A stretch of DNA of 64,000 bases from an uncultured candidatus Porisulfidus sp. GTDB lineage: Bacteria; Pseudomonadota; Gammaproteobacteria; Poriferisulfidales; Poriferisulfidaceae. The translations under genes were made by a program, and so were the position numbers. The stretch covers positions 1,040,586 to 1,104,585 of the forward strand of contig OZ241993.1 in assembly GCA_965204575.1 (NCBI GenBank), given 5' to 3'. Below, piece by piece: positions 36,467-46,115 of this stretch. The notes beneath the pieces were generated by a model. It saw only the letters and a program-made list of their open reading frames with translations, was not told the DNA's origin and did no database searches. The first letter of the stretch is position 1; every line of letters begins with the position of its first letter.

Positions 36467-37255
36467 ATGATCTGGGACCTGGAGTTGATCCTGGTGGTGG
36501 CGACTGCCGCCACGGGCCTGATCTACTACGGCCATTTCTTCTGGTACCGCCTGCGCCGCCAGGCCCCGCCGGTCCGCCGGCCCTGGTTCGCCGAGTGGTC
36601 GCACGCGCTGTTCCCGGTGCTGCTGCTGGTGCTGGTGTTGCGAACGTTCGCGATTGAACCGTTCCGAATTCCCTCTGGCTCCATGATCCCGACGCTGCTG
36701 GTCGGCGACCTGGTCCTGGTCAACAAGTACAGCTATGGTCTCAGGCTTCCGGTGCTGCACACCCGTATCCTGGAGGTGGGCAAACCCGAGCGGGGCGATG
36801 TGGTGGTATTCCGTTATCCGAAGAATCCGAACCAGGACTACATCAAGCGGGTGGTGGGGCTGCCGGGGGACGAAGTGGTCTATGTCGGGAAGCGCCTGAT
36901 GGTGAACGGGGAGGTCTATCCCCTGACGGACCCGCGCCCGTTCCTGGACGCGGTCACCGGCCTCCCGTACCCGTATCGCACGCAGTACACGGAAAGCATC
37001 GGCGGGCGTCGGCACGAGGTCCTGCACGACGCCCTGTCCGAGAGCGTCACCGACAACTTCACGGTGCTGCCGGGCCACTACCTGGTGATGGGCGACAACC
37101 GCGACAGCAGCCGCGACAGCCGGGACTGGGGGTACGTGCCGGAGGGCCACCTGGTGGGCCGGGCTTTCCTGATCTGGATGAATTACAGGCTCTTGCTGCC
37201 GTCGCTGACCAACCCGGAGGTTTCGCTGCTTTCCCGCCTCGGCAAGATCGAGTGA
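36467..37255 (+). CDS. lepB: Signal peptidase I
   Basis: Catalytic Ser in RIPSGSMIPTL and Lys in YIKRVVGLPGD. Single N-terminal TM segment. Confidence 0.9.
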   Translation: MIWDLELILVVATAATGLIYYGHFFWYRLRRQAPPVRRPWFAEWSHALFPVLLLVLVLRTFAIEPFRIPSGSMIPTLLVGDLVLVNKYSYGLRLPVLHTRILEVGKPERGDVVVFRYPKNPNQDYIKRVVGLPGDEVVYVGKRLMVNGEVYPLTDPRPFLDAVTGLPYPYRTQYTESIGGRRHEVLHDALSESVTDNFTVLPGHYLVMGDNRDSSRDSRDWGYVPEGHLVGRAFLIWMNYRLLLPSLTNPEVSLLSRLGKIE

Positions 37256-37263
37256 ATCGCTGA

Positions 37264-37941
37264 ATGGCGCAGATCGAGAACTGGTTGCCGAAGGCGGTTC
37301 TGGACAGCCCCGAATACCGGACCGCCCGCACACACCGCAGCGCCGGTTCGCCGCACAACGAGCGGCAGGAATTCCTGGGCGACGCGCTGCTCGGCCTGGT
37401 GATTTCGGATCTCCTGTGCGAGCGCTTCCCGGACCTGCCGGAAGGAGACCTGAGCCGCCTGCGCGCGCACCTGGTCTGTGGCACCATGCTGGCGAAACTG
37501 GCGGAATCGGCCGAAATGGACCAGCTGCTGATCGCGGAGGCGTTGAGCGCGGCCCGGCCGCGCGCCCGCCGCGCCATGGCGGGAAATGCGCTGGAAGCGG
37601 TGATCGCGGCGGTCTACCAGGTGTGCGGGTTCGAGGAAGTGCGCACCTTCATCCTCCGCCTGTACGATCAGGCCCTGAAGGAGCTGCCGCCCCTGGAGTC
37701 CCTGCGCAGCGCCAAGACCGAGCTGCAGGAATTGCTGCAGGCGAGGGGCCGGGAGCGTGCCCGCTATACGTTGCTCGAAGAACGGCCGAAGCATTCGCCG
37801 CGCTTCGAGGTGCAATGCGAAGTGAAGGATCCGAAGGTGCGGACCCGGGGCACGGGCAACCGCATCCGCGAGGCGGAGCAGAATGCGGCGGCGGCCGCGG
37901 TCGCCGACATCCGGCGCAAGCGGCCCGGATGGACATCGTGA
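37264..37941 (+). CDS. rnc: Ribonuclease III
   Basis: ERQEFLGDALLGLVISDLL RNase III signature and a C-terminal dsRBD. Confidence 0.93.
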   Translation: MAQIENWLPKAVLDSPEYRTARTHRSAGSPHNERQEFLGDALLGLVISDLLCERFPDLPEGDLSRLRAHLVCGTMLAKLAESAEMDQLLIAEALSAARPRARRAMAGNALEAVIAAVYQVCGFEEVRTFILRLYDQALKELPPLESLRSAKTELQELLQARGRERARYTLLEERPKHSPRFEVQCEVKDPKVRTRGTGNRIREAEQNAAAAAVADIRRKRPGWTS

Positions 37942-38819
37942 CCCGCTGCGGGTTCGTGGCACTTTGCGGCAAGCCGAACGTCGGCAAGTCGACGCTGTTC
38001 AACCGCCTGCTGGGGAAGCCGCTGTCTGCCGCCACCGGCAAGCCGCAGACCACCCGGCACAACATCAAGGGCATCCTGACCGAGCAGGGCAACCAGTTCG
38101 TTTTCGTGGACACGCCCGGCATCCACTCCGGGCGGGTCCGGGCGCTTTCGCAATTGCTCAACGCCAACGCCAGCGAAGCCATGGGTCAGGTGGACGTGGC
38201 GGTGATGGTGGTGGAGGTCGGGGTGTGGAACGCACGCGACGAAAAGGTGCTGGGCGAATTGCGCGACGCGAAGATCCCGGTCATGCTGTGCGCCAACAAG
38301 ATCGACCGCATGCCCGACCAGGCATTGATCCTGCCGTATTTTGCCCAGTTGGCCGAGCACGAGTTCCTTGAATACATCCCGGTCAGCGCGCGAACCGGGG
38401 AAGGTTGCACGGTTCTCAAGGAGAACCTGGCGAAGCACGTCCCGGAGCGGGAGCACCTGTTCGAGGCGGACGCGCTGACGGACCGGCATGAACGTTTCTT
38501 CGCGGAGGAGTTGATTCGGGAGCAGTTGCTGATCCAGCTGGACAAGGAGCTGCCCTACGTCATGCACGTCCAGGTGACCGGCTTCCAGAACCAGGAAGAG
38601 CGCGTGCACATCTCTGCGCAGATCCTGGTGGAACGGGAATCGCAGCGCAAGATCCTGCTTGGCAAAAACGGCACACGCATTGGTTCCATCGGGCGCGCGG
38701 CACGGCTGCGCATGGCCGGGCTCCTGGATCAGCCGGTGATCCTGAAGTTGCACGTCAAGGTGCAGCCGAACTGGCAGCGGGACCCAAACATCCTGGCCAG
38801 CTATCGCGGAGGCGTGTGA
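37929..38819 (+). CDS. era: GTPase Era
   Basis: G1 motif GKPNVGKSTL, G3 DTPG, G4 NKID, and a C-terminal KH domain. Confidence 0.9.
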   Translation: MDIVTRCGFVALCGKPNVGKSTLFNRLLGKPLSAATGKPQTTRHNIKGILTEQGNQFVFVDTPGIHSGRVRALSQLLNANASEAMGQVDVAVMVVEVGVWNARDEKVLGELRDAKIPVMLCANKIDRMPDQALILPYFAQLAEHEFLEYIPVSARTGEGCTVLKENLAKHVPEREHLFEADALTDRHERFFAEELIREQLLIQLDKELPYVMHVQVTGFQNQEERVHISAQILVERESQRKILLGKNGTRIGSIGRAARLRMAGLLDQPVILKLHVKVQPNWQRDPNILASYRGGV

Positions 38820-39514
38820 TGCGGCAGGACGAACTGGTCGCGGCGTATGTGATTCAGGCACGCCCTTGGCGCGAGACCAGCCTGCTGTACAAGGTGGTCG
38901 CACAGGACCATGGTCGGGTCAGCCTGATCCATCGCGGGGCACGCAACAACCGTCGCGACCGGCCGCTGCCGACATTGACCCCGGTACGGGTATCCTGGGG
39001 CGGGCGTGGCAGCTTGTACACCCTGCGCCACGCCGAGGTCGCCGGCCCGATGACAGTGAAAGACCCGAAGCGGCAAGTCTACGCCCTGTACGTCAACGAG
39101 ATTGTCAGCTACCTGCTGCCGGACGATCGCTATTCGGACGAGATCTATCCGCTGTACCACGAGGCACTGGCTCATCTGGACACGGTCGCGGATCCTGAAT
39201 TCGTGCTTCGCGGAATCGAGATGGACTTGCTGCACTTGGCCGGCCATCCGCTGCAACTGGATCGCACCGAGCAGGGGAAGGTCGAGCCGGGCCGGCAATA
39301 TCGTTATCACCCGGGGGCCGGTCCCACGGAACTTCCGGGGGAAAGCGGGGCGGACGGGATCAGCGGCCAGACCCTGCTGACTCTTCAGGCGCGGCAGGAA
39401 ATGGACGAGCAAACGCGGCGCGAGGCGCGCCGCCTGATGCGGCAGGTATTGGACTACTACATTGCCCCGCAGACGATTCGGTCGCGAGGCATCATGCAAG
39501 CACTGACGGGCTGA
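38816..39514 (+). CDS. recO: DNA repair protein RecO
   Basis: 232 aa. An N-terminal OB-fold region and a C-terminal helical domain, in the conserved position after era. Confidence 0.85.
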   Translation: MMRQDELVAAYVIQARPWRETSLLYKVVAQDHGRVSLIHRGARNNRRDRPLPTLTPVRVSWGGRGSLYTLRHAEVAGPMTVKDPKRQVYALYVNEIVSYLLPDDRYSDEIYPLYHEALAHLDTVADPEFVLRGIEMDLLHLAGHPLQLDRTEQGKVEPGRQYRYHPGAGPTELPGESGADGISGQTLLTLQARQEMDEQTRREARRLMRQVLDYYIAPQTIRSRGIMQALTG

Positions 39515-39526
39515 TTCCCGCGACCT
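39424..39526. repeat. Direct repeat copy 1 (recO 3' end); its partner is at 39912-40012
   Basis: About 100 bp at roughly 92% identity. It contains ...cgccgcctgatgcggcaggt(a/g)ttggactactacattgc.... Confidence 0.85.
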
Positions 39527-39662
39527 TAGGACAAACAGCACTGAAATTGAGTTTTCTAATAAATGGTAACGAGCGCAATAGGAATTGCGCTTCTAATGAG
39601 TTCGCCAATTGTGTTTTTTTGGGGACTGGCAGAACTTGTCAGTGTGCTCGAATCAATGAAGC

Positions 39663-39803
39663 AATCCCTTTCTTAGAAGGTCATGGAATTCGCTGATATT
39701 TTTTCTCACATTAGGATATTTTGTTATCTTCCACAGGAAAACACCAATAGAGAGTACCGCGACCCCAGCCACTACAACACTCATAGCGATGATGAAGTCA
39801 GGC
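39663..39803 (-). CDS. Small hydrophobic peptide (46 aa, single TM helix) inside the recO-duplication insert
   Basis: MPDFIIAMSVVVAGVAVLSIGVFLWKITKYPNVRKNISEFHDLLRKGLLH. It lies in an AT-rich segment bounded by the recO-end direct repeats and is too short for the ORF track. Confidence 0.35.
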
Positions 39804-39911
39804 ATCTTGTGCTCCCTTTAATACCAAGATTCAGTATAACAAACCAACCCTCCAAGATTGATTGCATAGGTTCATAAACATTTGAGAACAGCCGGCGGGT
39901 CGCGGTGAGAG

Positions 39912-40012
39912 TCGCGCCGCCTGATGCGGCAGGTGTTGGACTACTACATTGCTCCGCAGACGATTCGGTCGCGGGGCATCATGCAGGCGCTGACGGGTTG
40001 ATTCCTGCGATC
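39912..40012. repeat. Direct repeat copy 2 (displaced recO 3' end)
   Basis: See the repeat at 39424-39526. Confidence 0.85.
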
Positions 40013-40052
40013 CTCGATATGGCACCTGAGCCTCAGCGGCTCAAAGGAGGGG

Positions 40053-40925
40053 TCAAGGCAAGCAGTCTTCGGGTTCAGGCGGTTGCCCGCCGTCCCTACG
40101 CAAGATGCGCAACGCCGCCTCGATATCAGCCTCGGATGCACATGTAGCGAAGAACGAAGCCATTTTCATCGCGGATACCTTTTCGGCGACTGCCATGACG
40201 ACGAACTGGTTGATGCTCGTGCCTTCCTCTTTGCTGATCTCCGTGACCGCCGACTTTAGGGAAGCCGGTAGTCTCAGGGGATAGGTGCTGGCTGGCTTCT
40301 TCATGGCACGGTCGGGCTGTCGGTCGCGAGGTTCGAGTGGTTGGGGAATGCGTTGATTGTCGCGGCAGTACTGCCACAGGTAGGCATCGACTTGTTGCCG
40401 AGTGAGTCCATGCTCCCGGCTCAGAAACGTGACCATCTCTTCCACAGTTGCGGAACACGCGGCGGCGCATTGCTTCATCCAGGTGTCAGGCTTCTCCGTG
40501 TCTTCAAGGCCGATGGCCGTTGCCAAGTGTCGGTTCGTGGCAGGTCCCATATAGGGAAGTTCCGTAAGCACAACCCTGCCGTGCTTGCGCATCCGTTGCT
40601 TGAAAGCCTCCCATCCTTCCGCATGAATCAACTTGCATCCCTTGAGGAAAGCATCCGCCTTCCGCTGATGGCGGATCGGCAGCGTCTGGGCATCTATTGA
40701 CTCCATGGCCACGATCCTGCCCAGGTCGAGGTTGTGGAATTTCTTGACGATGGTGTCGAAGTGCTTCTCGACGACTGAGTTCCGAAAACCCGAGACATAG
40801 ATGACCCAGAGGTACACCTCAAGAAATCCCTTCAGGTCGAGATCGTCGAAAACCCTCGGCTCCCACGGGCTGCCAACATGTGCCTGTGCGGTTTCCAGCA
40901 TCCGTGTTGCCTTGTTCTTATCCAT
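40053..40925 (-). CDS. Fusion protein: Tag-like (3-methyladenine DNA glycosylase I-like, HhH) N-terminal domain plus HicB-like RHH C-terminal domain
   Basis: FLEVYLWVIYVSGFRNSVVEKHFDTIVKKFHNLDLGRIVAM parallels E. coli Tag (FEMICLEGQQAGLSWITVLKKRENYRACFHQFDPVKVAAM). The C-terminus YPLRLPASLKSAVTEISKEEGTSINQFVVMAVAEKV matches the HicB-like antitoxin motif. Confidence 0.55.
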   Translation of the reverse strand: MDKNKATRMLETAQAHVGSPWEPRVFDDLDLKGFLEVYLWVIYVSGFRNSVVEKHFDTIVKKFHNLDLGRIVAMESIDAQTLPIRHQRKADAFLKGCKLIHAEGWEAFKQRMRKHGRVVLTELPYMGPATNRHLATAIGLEDTEKPDTWMKQCAAACSATVEEMVTFLSREHGLTRQQVDAYLWQYCRDNQRIPQPLEPRDRQPDRAMKKPASTYPLRLPASLKSAVTEISKEEGTSINQFVVMAVAEKVSAMKMASFFATCASEADIEAALRILRRDGGQPPEPEDCLP

Positions 40926-41025
40926 TTGTCATTGCCGTTTGCGGGCGGTCCCAACGTGAATTATAAAGAAAGGTTGATGATTTTATTGGCAATCTATAAG
41001 ATGGTTTAAAATAAAAGAGATTCGC

Positions 41026-41945
41026 ATGGCACACAGGCAACCCGGGAAATCGTATCGTCAGGGCATCGCTCTGGCCCACCTGTTCGACACGTTCCCGAAC
41101 GAGAAAGCGGCGCAGGAATGGTTCGAAAGCGTGGTATGGGCGAAGGGACGCTACTGCCCACGCTGTGGCTCTACGAGCACCCACGAGGCCAAGCATGCGA
41201 AATGCCCATACCGTTGCCGCGATTGCGGAAAGTACTTCAGCGTGAAGACGGGAACCGCCATGGCATCGTCCAAAGTTTCTCTTCGCAAGTGGGCCATCGC
41301 CATATACATTGACGCGACCAGCCCGAAAGGCGTGTCTTCGCTCCAGTTGCACCGAGATATCGGTGTGTCGCAGCCCACGGCCTGGTTCATGTTGCACCGC
41401 ATCCGCGAAGGATTCACGGACAAGCGCGCATCTATGGATGGCTTGGCCGAAATTGATGAGATGCACATCGGCGGCAAGCGTAAGAATATGCCCAAGAGTA
41501 AGCGAAAGGAACGGTCAGGGCGGAGTGCAACCGGCAGGACTGCGGTCGTTGGCGTGAAGGATCGCCAGACGAGGAAAGCTCGTGCAAAAGTGGTGGCGGA
41601 CCCGGGTTTGGACACTCTCCATGAGTTTCATTCGTGATCACGTCGCTGATGACGCAAAGGTCTGTACGGACGATGCCGTTCGACTCTGAACCCGTGAAAC
41701 ATGGCATGGGAGAGTACGTGCGGGGCATGGCCTACACGAACGGGGTCGAGTCGCTCGGGCTCATGCTTGAGCGGGGCGATATCGGTATTGATCATCAAAT
41801 GATTGCAAAGCATCTTCACTGGTACGTCAGCGGATTCGCCGGTCGTCACGGGGTGCGCGAGCGGAACACGCTGGAGCAACTGCGGGATGTTGCCGCTAGA
41901 ATGGCCGGCAAGAGGTTGCCGTATTGCGAACGGGTTCGTTTCTGA
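41026..41945 (+). pseudogene. IS1595-family transposase, inactivated by at least two frameshifts
   Basis: An N-terminal Zn-ribbon (CPRCGSTSTHEAKHAKCPYRCRDCGKYF) and DDE region read to EFHS* at 41637. The segment IRDHVADDAKVCTDDA lies in another frame. A third frame carries GMGEYVRGMAYTNGVESLG...HLHWYVSGFAGRH. Confidence 0.75.
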
Positions 41946-41956
41946 CAGGGGAGTGA

Positions 41957-42898
41957 TTGGAGAGCGTCATGGGAAACCCGATTTATGGAGGTGCAACGCC
42001 TGAGCAGGTGGCACTTGAGATGCTTCGGCCATCCAAGTTCATTGAACCGCTTTATGATCTCGTGTTTGGGGACGCCTTTGATTGGCTGGAATCGGCGGAG
42101 CATGAATCGATTCACGCGGTCGTGACCGACCCGCCTTACGGGTTGATCGAATACAAACCTGAACAACTCCAGAAGCGCCGAGATGGCAATGGCGGGGTAT
42201 GGCGTCTGCCGCCTTCGTTTGATGGAAGCAAACGTCAGCCAGTTCCGCGCTTTACGGTCTTGACTGACAGGGACAAAGATGAAATGAGGGCATTTTTTGC
42301 CCGTTTGGCTGAAAGTCTCTACCCGGTCCTCGTTCCAGGGGCCCATGTCTTCATTGCTACCAACCCCCTTCTAGCCCATTTGGTCTTCGAACCGTTCCTT
42401 GCTGCAGGATATGAGAAACGAGGAACGCTGATTCGTGAAGTGCATACGCTGCGCGGCGGTGACCGTCCCAAAAATGCCCATAAGGAATTCCCTGATGTCA
42501 CGGTCATGCCAAGATCATGCTTTGAGCCATGGGAAATTTTCCGGCGTCCGCTTCAAGGACGCGTTCAAGACAATCTGCGAAAGTGGGGAACCGGCGGTCT
42601 TCGGCGTCTCTCTGCGGAGCAACCGTTCAAGGATTTAGTCAAATCGTGTCCAGCGAAGAGGAAGGAGCGGGAAATTGCCCCCCATCCTTCATTGAAACCG
42701 CAAGCGTTTCTTCGGCCGTTGGTGAGGTCCAGCCTTCCTCTTGGTAAAGGTACCATACTCGATCCATTTGCAGGGTCAGGGTCCACCCTTGCAGCGGCGA
42801 TGGCTTGCGGCATAGAGAGTGTGGGCATTGAACGTGACCCGGAATACCATCAAATGGCATTGGACGCCATTCCGGCGTTGGCGCGTTTGGAAGTCTGA
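41957..42898 (+). CDS. Beta-class DNA methyltransferase (N6-adenine or N4-cytosine)
   Basis: Motif IV TDPPYGL comes before motif I DPFAGSGSTLAAA, in the ParB-MTase/beta-class order. Confidence 0.85.
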   Translation: MESVMGNPIYGGATPEQVALEMLRPSKFIEPLYDLVFGDAFDWLESAEHESIHAVVTDPPYGLIEYKPEQLQKRRDGNGGVWRLPPSFDGSKRQPVPRFTVLTDRDKDEMRAFFARLAESLYPVLVPGAHVFIATNPLLAHLVFEPFLAAGYEKRGTLIREVHTLRGGDRPKNAHKEFPDVTVMPRSCFEPWEIFRRPLQGRVQDNLRKWGTGGLRRLSAEQPFKDLVKSCPAKRKEREIAPHPSLKPQAFLRPLVRSSLPLGKGTILDPFAGSGSTLAAAMACGIESVGIERDPEYHQMALDAIPALARLEV

Positions 42899-42900
42899 CC

Positions 42901-43500
42901 ATGTTCGACAATGATGTTCAATTGCCTCCCGGATTGGAGATTTCCGCGATCCAACGCTCTATCGAGTTTGTCGAAAAACAATTAAGTGAACGTGACTTCG
43001 TGGACCTCTATCTTGAACAGGCCAATATATTCAGCGCGTTAGTGGGCATGTTCGCAACCAAGGCGCTGGATCAAGTCAGCAACTATGAAAAGCATCGGCA
43101 TAGCCATACGGCTCAACAACGTTTTCCTGATTTGTGCCGCCGGGGAGCATCCTTCCCACTTAAACCCGAGGATTCACTGGAGAGCAAGGCCAGCAAACGG
43201 CCTTGGGCGATACAATCCCACTACGATCACGCCGGATGGTACATCATCTGGAGATATCTGGTCGACCTGACCAAGACCATCAAGGATGATGCGGCTTTGG
43301 TGATTTGGCGCGTTGATGTCGTCTATTTGACCAAAACCGATTGGAAGTACGAGGGTTCGTCGGCAGATATGAGTGGCGGAGGAAGAACGCATACTTTTGG
43401 TGTGCGAAAACCTGCCACGCGATTGCGGGGCTGTGCCGTCTACAAGCGCCCCGACATCGTCATTCGTGATGGCAAGCCTGTGCCCGTCAACCTTCCTTGA
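42901..43500 (+). CDS. Hypothetical protein, candidate restriction endonuclease partner of the methyltransferase
   Basis: 199 aa, immediately downstream (3-nt gap) of the MTase in a low-GC insertion. No family recognised. Confidence 0.4.
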   Translation: MFDNDVQLPPGLEISAIQRSIEFVEKQLSERDFVDLYLEQANIFSALVGMFATKALDQVSNYEKHRHSHTAQQRFPDLCRRGASFPLKPEDSLESKASKRPWAIQSHYDHAGWYIIWRYLVDLTKTIKDDAALVIWRVDVVYLTKTDWKYEGSSADMSGGGRTHTFGVRKPATRLRGCAVYKRPDIVIRDGKPVPVNLP

Positions 43501-43698
43501 TTCCCTATTCTTTAAGAACAGTCGTAAGCAGGCGCCAACTCCAGGCAGAGGAAAAGCAGCGAAAGCGAAGCTCTTGCTTCCGTATATCCCCTAGGAACCA
43601 AGTTCAAATATGCCTTGCAACTCTTGCGGAGTGTATGCAGGTATTCCCGGAAAGCCTTTAGTGGTAGAGTGTCCATAGCAAAAACTACTTTGTGTACC

Positions 43699-44421
43699 GT
43701 GAAGAATGTACGACTAGGCGTGAATATTGACCACATAGCGACCCTGCGCCAGCAGCGCCACACGGACTACCCGGACCTGGGCGAGGCGATCCGCCGAGTG
43801 GAAGCGGCCGGGGCGGACGGCATCACCCTGCACCTGCGCGAGGACCGGCGGCACATCCAGCTGGAGGACGTGGAACAGGCGCGCCGGGAAGTGAGTGGAA
43901 CCCTGAACCTGGAGATGGCCGCAACCGAGGAGATGCTGGACATTGCGGAACGCATCCGTCCGGATTACTGCTGCCTGGTGCCTGAGCGGCGCGAGGAACT
44001 CACCACTGAAGGCGGTCTGGACGTCGTGGCGGGCGAAGATCGGATCCGGGAGGCGTGCACCCGGCTGAAAGCGGCGGGCATTCAGGTTTCGCTGTTTGTC
44101 GAGCCGACGCACGAAGCGATGGATGCCGCGGTCGAACTGGGTGCGTCGATCGTGGAGTTGCACACCGGTCCCTACGCCAACGCGACGGAGCCGGAAGCCC
44201 ACGAGGCGGAGCTGGAACGGCTGGTTTCCACCACGCAGTATGCGCGGGAACGGCTGACGGTCAACGCCGGACACGGCTTGCATCGCGACAACGTGGGCCC
44301 GGTGGCTTCGATCCCGGGAATGAACGAACTTAATATCGGTCACGCCATCGTCTGCCGGGCGGTGATGGTGGGATTGGAAGGAGCCGTGCGCGAAGTGCGC
44401 GAAGCCATGGAGGCGTCATGA
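43699..44421 (+). CDS. pdxJ: Pyridoxine 5'-phosphate synthase
   Basis: [15 protein letters not shown]...[16 protein letters not shown]...NLEMA...VNAGHGL...ELNIGHAI is the PdxJ signature. GTG start assumed at 43699. Confidence 0.85.
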   Translation: MKNVRLGVNIDHIATLRQQRHTDYPDLGEAIRRVEAAGADGITLHLREDRRHIQLEDVEQARREVSGTLNLEMAATEEMLDIAERIRPDYCCLVPERREELTTEGGLDVVAGEDRIREACTRLKAAGIQVSLFVEPTHEAMDAAVELGASIVELHTGPYANATEPEAHEAELERLVSTTQYARERLTVNAGHGLHRDNVGPVASIPGMNELNIGHAIVCRAVMVGLEGAVREVREAMEAS

Positions 44422-45311
44422 GGGAGTATCCGACCATTGAATCCAGCATCGGCAACACGTCGCTGGTTCGCCTGCAGCGCATGGCGCCGGAAGGGGTGAT
44501 GGTGCTGGCCAAGCTGGAAGGAGACAATCCGGCCGGTTCGGTCAAGGACCGTCCGGCCATCCACATGATCGAGGCCGCCGAGGAACGCGGAGACATCCGT
44601 CCGGGCGACACGCTGGTCGAGGCGACCAGCGGCAACACCGGGATCGCGCTGGCGCTGGCGGCGGCGATCCGCGGCTACCGGATGATCCTGATCATGCCGG
44701 AGAACATGAGCCTGGAACGGCGCCAGACCATGGCGGCGTACGGGGCCGAACTGATCCTGGTGACCGAGGCCGAGGGCATGGAGGAGGCACGCGACCGGGC
44801 GCTGGCGATGAACCGTGCGGGCGAAGCGTTCATCCTGAACCAGTTCGACAACCCGGACAACTCGGACTCGCACTACCGGGGCACCGGGCCGGAGTTGTGG
44901 CGGGACACCGGGGGCGAGCTGACGCATTTCGTGTCTTCCATGGGCACGACCGGAACCGTCAGCGGGGCCGGGCGCTACCTGAAGGAGCAGAACCCCGACA
45001 TCGAGGTGATCGGCGTGGAGCCGGCGGACGGTTCCGCCATTCCGGGCATCCGCCGCTGGGCAGAGGGGTACGTCCCGAAGATCCTGGAGCGGGACGTGGT
45101 CGACCGGACAATCGATGTCACGCGGGGGGATGCGGAGAACACCATGCGCGAACTGGCGAAGCGGGAAGGGATCTTCGCCGGGATCTCGTCGGGCGGCTGC
45201 ATGCACGTGGCCCTGCAGGTGGCGGCGGAGGCCGCGCCGGGGTCGGTGATTGCCGCCATCGTGTGCGACCGCGGAGACCGCTACCTGTCCTCGGGGGTCT
45301 ATCCGTCATGA
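44418..45311 (+). CDS. cysM: Cysteine synthase B (O-acetylserine sulfhydrylase)
   Basis: PLP lysine in SVKDRPA, plus the [10 protein letters not shown] motif. 297 aa. Confidence 0.85.
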   Translation: MREYPTIESSIGNTSLVRLQRMAPEGVMVLAKLEGDNPAGSVKDRPAIHMIEAAEERGDIRPGDTLVEATSGNTGIALALAAAIRGYRMILIMPENMSLERRQTMAAYGAELILVTEAEGMEEARDRALAMNRAGEAFILNQFDNPDNSDSHYRGTGPELWRDTGGELTHFVSSMGTTGTVSGAGRYLKEQNPDIEVIGVEPADGSAIPGIRRWAEGYVPKILERDVVDRTIDVTRGDAENTMRELAKREGIFAGISSGGCMHVALQVAAEAAPGSVIAAIVCDRGDRYLSSGVYPS

Positions 45312-46111
45312 TCGGGGACGTGCTGGCCTTCGACATCGAGACCATTCCGGATGCGAAGCTGGGCCGGCGTCTTTACAACCTCTCAGACGACCTCCCCGAC
45401 GAGGACGTGGTGCGCGCCATGGAGCAGTTGCGCATGCAGAAGACCGGCGGACACCTGTTCCAGCCGCTGTACCTGCAGAAAGTGGTCTGCATTTCGGTGG
45501 TGTACCACACGGAATCGGTGCTGGTCGCGAAGTCCTTGGAGGACATCGACGCGGATGAATGCACGATCATCCGCAACTTCTTCGACGGCATCGAACGGGC
45601 CGCCCCGCGGCTGGTGACCTGGAACGGCAACGGGTTCGACCTCGCGGTGCTGAACTACCGTGCCATGCATCACGGGATCTGCGCTCCGCGCTTCTGGGAG
45701 ACGGGCGACAACGAGCGGGACTTCCGCTACAACAACTACATCAGCCGCTACCACGAGCGGCACCTGGACCTGATGGACGTGCTGTCGCGCTACAACCCGC
45801 GCGCCTCGGCCGGGCTCGACGACTTCGCCACCATGCTGGGCTTCCCCGGGAAGCCGGAGGGGATGTCCGGCGGCGAGGTGTGGCCGGCCTACCGGGAGGG
45901 GCGGCTGGCCGAGATCCGCGAGTACTGCGAAACCGACGCGATCAGCACCTACCTGGTGTTCCTGCGCTTCGAATTCCTGCGCGGCAACCTGCTGCGGGAG
46001 GAGTACGTCGAACTGTGCGACCAGTTGCAGTCCTACCTGGAAGAGGAGGACAAGGAGCACTTCCGCGATTTCCTGGCGCGGTGGGACCGCGCGGGCGACC
46101 CGGTCGGCTAG
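45308..46111 (+). CDS. PolB-exonuclease-like 3'-5' exonuclease (COG3298 family)
   Basis: VLAFDIETIPD is an Exo I motif, followed by WNGNGFDLAVL. The start overlaps the cysM stop. Confidence 0.65.
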   Translation: MIGDVLAFDIETIPDAKLGRRLYNLSDDLPDEDVVRAMEQLRMQKTGGHLFQPLYLQKVVCISVVYHTESVLVAKSLEDIDADECTIIRNFFDGIERAAPRLVTWNGNGFDLAVLNYRAMHHGICAPRFWETGDNERDFRYNNYISRYHERHLDLMDVLSRYNPRASAGLDDFATMLGFPGKPEGMSGGEVWPAYREGRLAEIREYCETDAISTYLVFLRFEFLRGNLLREEYVELCDQLQSYLEEEDKEHFRDFLARWDRAGDPVG

Positions 46112-46115
46112 GCCG

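Noticed and set aside
39541-39640. A hairpin (gcgcaat-agga-attgcgc) plus a T7 run, considered as a rho-independent terminator.
   Set aside because: The T-run is not adjacent to the stem on either strand, so the terminator call is weak. It is only mentioned within the small-peptide finding.
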